DNA from: Ophelia neglecta
Taxonomy: Eukaryota
Direction: 5' to 3'
Assembly: GCA_965285935.1 (NCBI GenBank)
Contig: OZ260661.1
Coordinates: 93,000,001-93,064,000, forward strand
DNA: 64,000 bases
This document shows, piece by piece, positions 51,061-63,400 of this stretch (within the stretch, counting starts at the first letter, position 1; the number at the start of each line of letters is the position of its first letter). The position numbers and the translations under genes were made by a program. The notes beneath the pieces were generated by a model, which made no database searches, was not told where the DNA came from, and saw only the letters and a list, made by a program, of their open reading frames with translations.

Positions 51061-51126
51061 CGTCAAAATTGTTTCTATTGTCTGGTGCTTCGCCAGACAA
51101 ACTTAAAACGGGCAGCGAAGAAAGAA

Positions 51127-51156
51127 ATGAATAGTAGTCCCCTACTTGACCAGTGA
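51127..51156 (+). promoter_or_regulatory. uORF MNSSPLLDQ* in gene B 5'UTR
   Basis: ATG...TGA followed by AAG|GT. Confidence 0.6.
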
Positions 51157-51338
51157 AAGGTAAGAACTACTGCCAGTGTAGTAGTATGAACAACTTTCTA
51201 CACCGAACTACTATTTAAGTTAGTAGCGTGATGTGTCGAGTTCCGCCACAATCAAAGTAGACTCGTGTAAAATGTTTTTTTATAATTTGAGGAATACCAT
51301 ATTTAAAATATTTCCTTTTTTCATTGTTAGAGTTGAAG

Positions 51339-51450
51339 ATGGAACCCCCGGGGTCTTCTTATAGAAGGCCATTCGGGTCACGTGAGACCTCACGTACCTT
51401 TGTTGCTCTACTGTTTTTCCTGAATGTGATAATTACAAGCGGTCAGAGAT
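51339..51450 (+). CDS. Gene B start and signal peptide (exon spans 51331-51450)
   Basis: [37 protein letters not shown]; T|gtaagt donor. Confidence 0.85.
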
Positions 51451-54400
51451 GTAAGTAGTTCTAAAGGATACTAGCCCAACCACCAATTAAAGGTAGAACT
51501 ATCCTCATCGTAAGCAGAAAATACATCTTCATTAAGCCTATAAAAATAGCATTAATATACTTGATGCTGCAGACTGAAAAAATGACATGATTGTGATTAA
51601 CTTTTCGTGATGATACTATAAGCACTATCTGTTGTTATTTCTTGCAGTTGATTGTACGGTACCCGCTGATGTGGCATTCGTTATAGACGCCAGTACAAGT
51701 ATTCCGAGTAACCAATGGACAACAGTATTACAATTCATTGTCAGTGTTACAGCCCGCCTGCAGGTGGGCGAGAACCAGATTCGAGTGGGCGCCACGCGTT
51801 ACGCCTCGGCGGCGAGCGCCCAGTTCACTCTGAACCGCTACTACGACCAATCGTCGTTGTCCTCAGCCATTCGGCGTATCAGCCGAATTGAAGGCTCGAC
51901 GAACACTGCGGCCGGTATTCGAATCACCCGGACTGACATCTTCAGGTAAACAATGCCAACACTTTGTACGGGTGACTTCGACCTCCCCCTCCCCCAATCA
52001 AATCGTCCACAGGCAGGGTTTTGTGTTGGAAAATAAGAAACAACAAAATTGAATTGAGTTGCCGAAAATCTTCATTTTCTTTGCTTCCTTCAGAATATGA
52101 ATAAAAACAACAGTTGAAGGCAAAAGAAGTGTTGATAAGCCTAAACACTATAGTATAATTCGTCTGAAGTCCTGTTAGCTGATTCGCTGATCTATCACTT
52201 TGCAAATGATTAACATATTACGTGGGAATCTAACGGTCAAACAACCGCACCCTAATGAAATCGGCGACCCCTTGACCAGCTTTGTCTTTCGTTTTTCAGT
52301 TTCGGTCGGGGTGATCGGGCTGACGTGCCTGACCGAATGATCATCATTACCGATGGTCGTTCAGATGACCGCACTCAAGCCATTTACCAAGCCAACCTGG
52401 CCAAGTCTTCCGGCATCAAAATCTTGACAGTGGGCATTGGGCCTGACTCGGATTTTGAAGAACTTCAACTGCTCGCCGATTCCCCGGCTGAGGCGCAGGT
52501 GCTGACGGTGGGACGCACAGAACAACTGGTGGGATTAATCTCCCCATTGGTGACTTATATCTGTCCATCTCCACCACGCATCGGTAAGTTCCCTAAGTAG
52601 TGTAATGCCTAAAACCAATTACTCATTTGCCTTTATCCATTTCAGACACAGGGCAAATATTGGATCCATTTCGACATGGAACATTCTAGTGTCGACGCCG
52701 TGGAGTGCGCGTCTTCAGCAGCGCAACTATATGCTTTATCGCGCGCTTTGATGATATTTTTGCCTGCCATGAGCGGACGCAAAGCAAAACACAACATTGG
52801 GGATATCAAACGAAAAAGAGGGCAAAAGAATGGTACATAAAGCAGCCCACATAGGAATTGCTAGTGATAAAAATAGGAAATGAGCAGGCTAGTTGCGCGC
52901 CGACGCCGAACAGTATATGGACACCTGTGAGCCGTTCGAGTGTTAACGCCGCACGGTAAAGAAGACTTTGGTGCGCGGTTTAGGCCTGCAATGAAATAAT
53001 AAACCAGAACTACTTGAACAAAACGTCATTCTGTCATTAACGTCGCTTTCGTTAACTTAGTTTACTATCTTCATTTCATTTAATAATTTTTTTAATTCCA
53101 ACTTTGCGCAAACAATGACAGATCGGCGTTCGGTTCAGTGGTATAAGGTCTAAATTCCATTGCATTTATGTGCTTCTTCATCAATATGGTTATGGTTGAA
53201 AGTGGGATTCTATGTGGTATATATACTAAAGTATCTGTTTGTCGCATTAAAACACGAGTCAATGTTATTGACCCATCAAACGCTTACTCGCAGTTCATGT
53301 TCACCAGCGGGGGTGATTGTGCCTAGACACCCTTAGTAATTTTAAGTTTTTGCCCAAATTAAAAATGGCACAGTGTTGTGTTTCCCCTGTCCTGTGCACG
53401 GTATTTCACCGGTTTGGCGCTGCTTTTCCTTCCTCGGGTCAATTCTATCTTTAAAAGGTTACATGCTTAGTGGGTTGCCATGTATTTGTTGGTCAATTCC
53501 ACAAAATATAGCGCAATGTCTGCTTATTCTTAAAATGGCGCACGCTGGTTTTATAATAGAGAGCGCTAGCTGTAATAATCACATAATGATTACGGGTCGC
53601 TTTGCGGGGTTTCGTTTCAGGAGAAGATACTGGATCGTACGCATGCGCTTACTAACATTTGCATAATAAATTCTATAAATAACTTATGTATTTTGCTTTG
53701 GATTGGTATCGTTGATCTTAATGGTGGTATATGTCCTGTTGTTTTGTTGTTATTATGTTTGTCGGTGCATTTTGCGAGCGCTTGCTGCTTTGGTTGGTTT
53801 TAACTATGTTTGCCCTTTGTTTTGCCCAACAGAATGCTTAAACAGCCTGGATCTTGCACTTGTCGTTGACGGCTCAACTAGCATTAGCCCTGAAATAGAG
53901 TGGACGCGAATCCAGACCTTTTTAGGGAATCTGGTCTCGGCTTTGCCGGTCAGCTCCTCTCGCACTCGGGTCGGTGTTATTCAATACAGTAACAACGCTA
54001 GAATTGAATGGCTTCTGAATGCCAACAATTACGAGCGACCCCGAATTGTCCAGCGTATCCGCACATTGCGTCAGATGCAGGGCAGCACCAACACATCTGG
54101 GGCCCTGTGGATGCTTCGGGAGAGGTTTTTCCAGACAAACTTAGGTGATCGTCGCGATGTGCCGAATGTTGCTATCATCGTTACTGATGGGCAGTCAAAC
54201 AGCCTCGAAGACACCGAAAGGGAGGCGCTGTGGGTCAAAAACACATTCCCCTCCATCATCACCATTGTCGTCGGAGTGACCAACGCTGTCAATGCTAGGG
54301 AGCTTGCCATCATCGCCTCGGACGACGGCAGAGGAAACCCTATGGTCGTGAGAGTACAGGACTTCGCCTCCCTAACCCTATCTCTCGAGGGGTTGCTTGG

Positions 54401-57400
54401 CACCGCCTGCGGAATTACCGTCACTAGCGGTGGAAGCGGTGGTAAAGAGAGCTAGCTGACTTGTTATAATCGCAAATAATAAAAATTTGTTTTCACTTGA
54501 GTTCTTATGTTATTGAAACATAAACCATATTGCTTACAAGTAGGCCTATATATAACTCATAGAATATCAGCATAGCCCACGTATTAAAATAGCAAATTTA
54601 TATATAAGAATTCCATTGAAATACCTTATAAAATTTTGAAAATACCCCCCAAAATTAAATTGCTTTAATGCTGACACGGACTTTGAATCATGCAGTGCCT
54701 GGTCCCCCCGGTCCGCCCGGCTCTATTGGATCAACCGGAGCGAGAGGACCACCCGGAGCAAACGGAAACCCCGGAAGAGATGGAAGTCCAGGATCTGCCG
54801 GAACTGCAGGAGTAGCGGGCCCACCAGGGCAAACTGGACCTATCGGTAAGCATTGTTTTAGTTCTTCCTGCCTATTAATTATCAATCATTTTACTTCTGT
54901 ACAAATTAAGCAATATTTACTAAGCTTTAAGTATTTCGTTATATAGTTGGATATATTTTGTAGGTCTATAATATGAAATAGTCTTGAAGGAACAATTATT
55001 ACAATTTAAAAAAAATCCTCCTTTTTTCCTGCAGGACCTTCCGGATCTGACGGACGACCTGGTCCTTCAGGTCCTTCTGGACCAGCAGGCCCATCAGGAC
55101 CGGCTGGACCACCCGGACCCCGCGGAGATACTGGCCCAGCCGGACCAGCCGGGTCTCGAGGAGAGGCAGGACCTGCCGGTCCACTCGGTCCTTCGGGCCC
55201 ATCTGGGCCTTCAGGACCACGGGGAGAACGCGGCCCAAGTGGACCATCAGGTCCAGCCGGGCCATCAGGACCAGCCGGGTCACGAGGCGAATCTGGATTC
55301 CCAGGACCAAGTGGGAGCGCAGGAGGCACTGGACCACCCGGGCCACCTGGGCCTTCCGGCCCTGCTGGATCACAAGGACCACCTGGAACAAATGGTGAAC
55401 TTGGACCCCCAGGACCCACCGGGCCCTCGGGACCACTTGGCCCCTCAGGAGGTACTGGACCATCCGGACCAAGAGGAGAATCTGGACCACCTGGGCCAGC
55501 CGGGCCATCAGGACCAAGAGGGCCATCAGGACCATCAGGGCCATCAGGCCCTGCCGGTTTCCCTGGTCCCGCAGGAGGCGCGGGAGCCACGGGATCACCC
55601 GGACCATTGGGGCCATCCGGACCGGCCGGTCCGTCAGGACCTAGAGGTGAGAGCCAATAATGACAAAGCTAGTTTATATAAATATAAAAAAATAATAGTA
55701 TGGTAAACCGCAAGTGCATTATCTGTAGCTGTAGACAATTAAACATCATTTTGAATATTTAGGCGACCGTGGAGAAGCTGGACCACCTGGACCTACTGGA
55801 CCGAGCGGCCCGACCGGACCTTCAGGCCAACAAGGTGGCACAGGGTTCCAAGGACCATCAGGATCACGAGGAGATGTCGGCCCAGCAGGACCCTCTGGAC
55901 CATCTGGACCACGAGGTCCATCCGGACCCTCAGGTACATTGTGCACATATATACTGGTAACATAACTAGGTTAACAATTCCCCTTGTAGGTCTGGTAGGT
56001 CAGCATGTTTTCAGTGGTCAATGATAAGCATGAGCTGCAAGGATGCATTGTGTAGGTGTATATTCATTAAGCGTTTGTGAATTTGTAGGTCCGCCCGGAC
56101 CATCCGGCCAACCAGGACCATCTGGACCCTCCGGACCAGCAGGGCCTTCTGGGCCTCGAGGCGAGACAGGTTTTGGTGGAGCCCAGGGTGGCACTGGAGG
56201 AACTGGATCACAAGGCGCCACAGGTGCTACTGGTCGCCCTGGCCCTACAGGGCCATCAGGACCGTTGGGGCCGACTGGACCGGCGGGGCCGTCAGGACCT
56301 TTGGGACAGTCCGGCGGAACAGGACCCTCAGGTATTCTTATCGAATAACTAAATCCATTCGAAACCTGAACATTTAATGATATATCAATTTATTCATCTA
56401 TGTTAGTCATTTACCTATTTTTGTTATCTATTTCTTCTGGTAATTCATATATCTGGTTACAGTTGTTACTGCTCAAAACAAATCCTACAGTGTATATGAA
56501 TACTTAAATATTTACATATTAAACGGAGAAATATTACAAGAATATTGTAAAGTAATGTGATAAAGCAATGAACCGTTACAACTAGTACACCCGTTGAAAT
56601 CCATTGAGAATGAAAGTCATTGTTCTCCTTTTTAGGACCACCTGGACCATTGGGACCCGCAGGACCAACTGGACCCCGTGGACCTGCCGGAGAGAGCGGA
56701 CCACCAGGACCCTCTGGACCACAAGGCTCCCGAGGTGAATCTGGACCAGCTGGACCATCAGGCCCAAGCGGATCTCCAGGAGAGCGGGGTGAATCCGGAT
56801 CTCCTGGACCATCTGGGCCATCCGGCTCAACTGGACAACCGGGATCTCGCGGCGAACCTGGACCACCCGGACCTACTGGACCATCCGGGCCCAGTGGACC
56901 TTCAGGTCCATCTGGCCCATCTGGTCCTCGTGGAGATAGAGGAGAAGCAGGACCCTCTGGGCCTTCGGGCCCAAGCGGTCCGTCTGGCCCCGCAGGTGCG
57001 TTCAGTCATTTGTACAAATTATTTTATTCTTTATATATTATGATAATGTTATGTTTTTGCTAAAGGAAATGTTTGAAGCCACGATTTATTTGTCTTCGTA
57101 GGAGAATCTGGACCTCCAGGGCCTTCTGGACCATCAGGACCTACTGGACCAACTGGACAATCTGGCGGTACTGGACCTCCCGGCCCCCTGGGGCCCTCAG
57201 GGAGACCCGGTCCATCAGGACCTGCTGGGCCAGGCGGGGAGAGAGGACCCGCTGGCGAGAGAGGGCCCGCAGGACCTGCCGGACCACCAGGTCCAAGCGG
57301 TCCTTCAGGATCTCGCGGAGAATCAGGACCATCAGGACCCGCCGGACCCAGCGGACCATCAGGTATATTTTGATTTTATGTGCTCTATACAGTAGCTTGT

Positions 57401-60400
57401 ATAAACTACCGTATGGCAGGTATAGGCCTACATTTCTATCATCAACTTGTTTGATAATTACGAATACATTAATGTTCCAATTTAATTTTCTGAGGCTTAT
57501 CGACAAGCATACTGTTATATGGGACACCATTCGTTTTATTTGGAGAAAAAAGCGTTGTTGATAAAGAGTAAGTTGTGCATGCATATAAACCTTGATTTTC
57601 CTCCAAGGTCCCAGAGGCGATGTGGGTCCTCCCGGACCAAGCGGTCCATCCGGACCTAGAGGACCATCAGGGGAGCGAGGAGAGTCTGGTCCATCTGGAC
57701 CTAGCGGACCCTCTGGACCTCCTGGTCCTCGTGGAAGCGCAGGAGAACGAGGAACCTCTGGGCCAGTGGGACCAACTGGTCCCTCCGGTTCACCCGGAGC
57801 TACCGGCCAACCAGGTAATATATTTTGGTTTAAACATTAAATCTACCTATTAAGCCTTCATCTGGTTGATTGATACATGCCATGGCAAAATAAACCTGAA
57901 CAAATAGTGACTTCCCAATATAACAAGACTATACAACTTGTGTTTGTCGTATTGTTTAGGACCCACTGGACAATCAGGACCATCCGGACCCTCTGGTCCT
58001 CCCGGCCCGAGAGGAGATCGTGGAGAGCCCGGTCCGTCCGGACCTTCTGGATCCCGAGGAGAAGCCGGTCCTTCCGGGCCAGCAGGCCCTACAGGACAAT
58101 CTGGACCACGTGGACAACCAGGGCCCTCAGGACCCGCTGGAAGCCGAGGAGAAGCAGGTCCTTCCGGACCTGCCGGTCCCCCTGGCCCTAGTGGTAATTA
58201 GGCCTAATAAGATTATACCGTGTATTGCATTCTAACAATGGTGTAAAGTAAAAAAAAAATGAACACGCTATGATTTATTCAATTTATTTAAATCATACCT
58301 TAATAGGGCCTTCTGGACCCTCTGGACCGCGAGGAGATCGTGGCGAGTCAGGACCCGCAGGCCCCTCCGGACCCTCTGGCCCAGCTGGAGAATCCGGACC
58401 CCAAGGACCTACTGGACCCCGAGGATTCCCTGGACAATCAGGTCCCACTGGACCGGCTGGAGCAACTGGGCCTAGCGGCCCTCCGGGACCACTTGGACCA
58501 CTAGGACCAGCGGGCCCGTCTGGACAATCAGGACCTTCGGGACCACGAGGAGAAACTGGAGAAACCGGCTTGGGCGGTCCACCTGGGTCTGCTGGCCCAT
58601 CTGGACCATCAGGTCCACCCGGACCTGTGGGCAGACCAGGACCTCGCGGAGAATCAGGATTGCCTGGACCATCAGGTACCTACTCTTAACTGAAAAATAG
58701 GGCTTACAATTTGATAAAAAGATAAGGGAGGTTTGAATTTTGTTTTAGGCCTATTTCAAATAGATGTAAACCTTGGATATGGTGCATTTACAATTTTACA
58801 CATATTACAGGTGAAAGTGGGCCAGCTGGACCCGTTGGACCCGCAGGACCCGCAGGAGCTAGAGGACCATCCGGACAGCGCGGAACACCAGGAGAGGCAG
58901 GTCCAGCTGGACCTCAAGGAAGCCGAGGGGAAGCAGGACCCACCGGACCCGCTGGATCACCAGGCAGTGACGGTCAGCCCGGACCCGCAGGACCAACTGG
59001 TCAAAGGGGCGAGCGAGGAGAGGCCGGATCTCCCGGCACAGCCGGAGATAGAGGACCACCTGGTCCAACTGGCGAAAGAGGAGAGCCTGGCTTCCCCGGC
59101 TCTGCCGGACCTCGTGGAGAATCAGGAACAGCCGGATCACCAGGAAGTCCTGGTGGCACTGGTAAGTGAAATGTATTAGGACTTCAACAAATCAAAATAC
59201 ATCATTTGTACTTAACAACTATATACCTGTGATATTTTAACAGTGATGCTGCGTTTAAATAACAATTCTTGTTTTTCAGGGCCTGCGGGACCTGCGGGAC
59301 CAAGGGGCCAGTCAGGTTTCCCTGGACCTGCCGGACCTGCTGGACAAAGGGGTGAACCTGGACCGCAGGGTCCACAGGGGTCGCGAGGTGAGAGAGGAGA
59401 GTCAGGAACGCCTGGCGGTGTTGGCCCACCAGGGCCAGTGGGTAGCCAAGGTGGCACTGGCCCAGCAGGACCCAGAGGAGAAACCGGACCTGCCGGACAA
59501 GCTGGTGAACTATTTTTTTCTTCTTGGCCTTTGCATTCTGCTTTATGAGCTCATAGATATTTCAGTATATGAGTTCATGATGTGCGTGCTAACTGGAAAT
59601 CGATCACTCTATTTCAGGCGAGACTGGACCCGCTGGACCCACTGGGCAACGCGGAGAGTCAGGACCAAGTGGCCCTGCCGGAACACCGGGAAGCGCAGGT
59701 GAGCGTGGAGAATCCGGCCCCGCAGGTCCACAAGGTGCCAGGGGAGAAGTCGGTTCTCCTGGACAAGCTGGTACCCCAGGGAGTGATGGACGACCAGGAC
59801 CAAGTGGACCTGCCGGTCCTACCGGACCAGCAGGACCGTCTGGACCGTCAGGTCCTTCGGGACCAGCTGGACCTCGAGGAGAAAGAGGAGAAACTGGACC
59901 AGCTGGACCGACTGGTGAATCCGGATCGCCTGGTAAGTTTTGTATTATTTCACTATTAGTTATAACGAACTCTTAGCACTTGAATTAAAAAACATGACGT
60001 ATTGTTTTATTTGATGTCGCTTATCACACCGTTTTATATTAAGGACCCTCCGGCTCACCTGGGCCACGAGGATCGGCTGGGGAGAGAGGACCGGCCGGAG
60101 AACGTGGTGAAACAGGACCTTCAGGTCCATCAGGCCCTACAGGGCCCCGAGGACAACCTGGCCCATCCGGCCCTGCTGGCTCAAGAGGCGAACCCGGTGA
60201 GGCTGGTCCCTCAGGTCCCCGCGGGCCTCGAGGTGAGTCAGGTCCTGCCGGACCCGCTGGTCCTACTGGTCAACCAGGGCGTGGAGAGCGAGGAGAAGCT
60301 GGTCCAGCTGGGCCAGCCGGACAACCGGGACCGGCAGGTCCACCTGGCCCCCTCGGACCCACTGGTGAAGCTGGACGAGCAGGAGAGCCTGGGCCTAGGG

Positions 60401-63400
60401 GAGAATCAGGTAAGGAAGTTTTGAAAGACTCATCCCCCCAAATTGAAAAAAAATGGAATTGTTGTGTTGAACGGCAATAACATGAATTTATATACGTGTG
60501 TTTAAAGGTGCTGACGGACAGCCTGGACCCTCCGGACCTACAGGACAGCCAGGGCCTTCTGGACCCTCTGGATCACGTGGAGAAGTAGGACCACCAGGAC
60601 CCGGTGGTCAGAGAGGTGAGCCAGGCCCTGCTGGTCCACCTGGAAGTCTCGGACCCTCCGGACCCGCTGGACCAGCCGGTCCTCGCGGAGAGGCAGGTGC
60701 TAGAGGCGAACCAGGACCTAGAGGAGAATCTGGATCTCCTGGTACTCCAGGGTCTAGGGGAGAGGTCGGTCTACCCGGTTCTTCCGGACAGAGAGGCCCC
60801 GCTGGTCCTTCTGGACAATCAGGACCCGCAGGATCACCCGGACCCCGCGGAGAAGCAGGACCAGCTGGCGCTGATGGTACGTTACACCTTCATTTATTTC
60901 CCTATTTTCTGGAAGTAGTATTCATCGACTAAACTCCTGGAATCAGTAAGTCTATCCACAGCTTGTTGACCTATTATTTTCTATCGCCTTAGGTGAGCCT
61001 GGTCCAAGTGGGCCCTCTGGACCAGCCGGTCCAGTTGGACCATCTGGCCCTGCAGGACCACGAGGAGAGCGTGGCGAAGGAGGCCCACGTGGAGAGCGAG
61101 GTGAAACTGGTCCTGCTGGACCTACAGGACAGAGCGGAAGCCCAGGACCCGCCGGGCCTTCAGGACCAAGGGGCGAACCTGGCTCACGAGGAGAGTCCGG
61201 TCTACCGGGCGAATCAGGTATTCCACCAAAAAACATATTTCTTTTATCTATATAAAAAAAATAATATTTTCATTTTTATTCACTCGCATTTTCGACTTCA
61301 AGCGAGTTATATGCCCAACACATATATAATAATGAACATGGCAATGCGTGTTTTCGCTTACATTAAATCTTAATGTACATTGCGAAAATCTTCGCCTAAT
61401 TTCTTAGATTAACTGCAGAAATAAATAAAACGTATTCTTATGTATTTTTTTTTCTCTGCAGGGCGACCGGGCCAGGCAGGTCCAGCTGGGTCAAGAGGAG
61501 AAACCGGACCTGCTGGACCCCAGGGCGCACGGGGAGAGCCTGGACAAAGAGGCGAACCTGGATCCGCTGGAACCCCAGGAAGTGCTGGAGGACCCGGCCC
61601 AGCCGGACCCGCTGGAGAAGCAGGACGTCCTGGCCCCGCTGGTCCCTCAGGACCTCGAGGTGAAGTTGGACCTGCCGGCGAAGCGGGCAGAACCGGACCC
61701 TCTGGACCATCTGGACCAGCTGGACCATCAGGTCCAAGAGGAGAGGTTGGACCCTCTGGACCCGCAGGATCGCCAGGCCCGAGAGGCCAGGCTGGCACTC
61801 CGGGAAGTCAAGGTCGGCACTGCTTACTAAATTGTTTACTAAATCAAGTCTCTGTCGGTTGACTTAAACACAAACACCACCGATTATGTCCATCACCGTT
61901 GTTATTGTCTATAAAATATAACCATAACATTGCAGGCGGCACTGGACCTGCAGGACCTTCCGGTCCTCGAGGAGAAACTGGCTCACCTGGCCCATCCGGC
62001 TCTCGCGGAGAGCCCGGACCCGCCGGCCCAACCGGCGAGAGGGGCGAATCTGGTTTACCAGGTCCTTCGGGACCAGCTGGACCCTCGGGACCGGCCGGCT
62101 CCCCCGGACAAAGAGGAGAACAAGGACCAAGAGGAGAATCGGGAACTCCAGGACCATCTGGTACGTACATTTAAAGCTGGAATTAGAGATTTGATAGAAT
62201 TATTAAACGATACAATATCTTCGGTATTTAATTATTCGCGGCAAATAATGGCGAACACTTTATTATTTCAGGATCTCCCGGTCAACCCGGACCGTCAGGA
62301 TCTCGAGGTGAACCAGGACCCGCAGGACCACAAGGTCAAAGGGGTCAATCTGGTGAACGAGGTGAAACAGGACCGGCTGGTCCCTCCGGACCCTCAGGTC
62401 CTGCTGGACCCGCTGGTGAAAGGGGAGAACCAGGCCCTGCCGGGTCACAAGGACCAAGCGGATCAAGGGGAGAGCCAGGTCAAGCCGGAGAGGCTGGAAG
62501 ACCAGGCCCACAAGGGCAATCTGGATTCCCTGGACCTGCTGGACAAAGAGGCGAGAGCGGGCTTCCTGGCTCACCCGGGCCACAAGGACCAAGAGGTGAA
62601 ACAGGTACAGCAGGAAGTGTCGGGGAACAAGGACCGCCAGGTCCCGCTGGATCTAGAGGAGAGTCAGGACCCGCTGGAACACCTGGCTCAAGGGGAGAAA
62701 CTGGTCCCCAGGGACCTGCAGGAGAACGTGGAGAGCCCGGACCATCCGGACCCGCAGGTCCCTCTGGGCAAGCTGGACCCTCTGGGCCAGCCGGTCCCAG
62801 AGGAGAGGCTGGTCCCCGGGGAGAATCGGGTACGCCAGGATCTTCTGGACAAAGAGGAGAGCCAGGAACAGCTGGTCCACGAGGAGAAGCAGGACCCCAA
62901 GGTCCACAGGGCGCAAGAGGCGCTCCCGGTGAACGAGGAGAGTCAGGTACCCCAGGCTCTGCCGGCCAACGAGGAGAATCAGGACCACAGGGTCCAACAG
63001 GCCAATCAGGTCCTTCCGGACCTGCCGGACCCCCTGGACCAAGAGGTGAGACAGGACAAAGAGGTGAAAGCGGACCTCAAGGACCAGCAGGAACTCCAGG
63101 AGAGCGCGGAGAAAGCGGTCTAACAGGACCATCCGGTCCTGCTGGCCCAGCTGGTGAATCCGGAAGGCCAGGAGAACAAGGATCGCCAGGACCTTCAGGT
63201 AGGCTCATCTGTCGATAGTATTCTCTTCTTTGTTTCTTTCAATAGTTAACCTTCATTGACCATATAACATACATAAAATGTTTGGATAACATGGGATAAA
63301 CGCAATTTTGTAGGAGGACCTGGCCCAGCTGGCCCTGCTGGAAGCCGCGGAGAATCTGGCCTACCAGGACCCTCAGGTCCGAGAGGTGAGGCAGGAACTC

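Larger units (their letters stand above)
50943..51159 (+). other. Gene B non-coding 5'UTR exon (217 nt)
   Basis: ttttgctttcag acceptor, AAG|gtaag donor; homologous to 15357-15156. Confidence 0.8.

Noticed and set aside
53703-53832. Hydrophobic Cys-rich N-terminal extension of ORF 53703..54455 as a signal or TM segment
   Set aside because: It is translated T-rich intron upstream of the acceptor at 53832.
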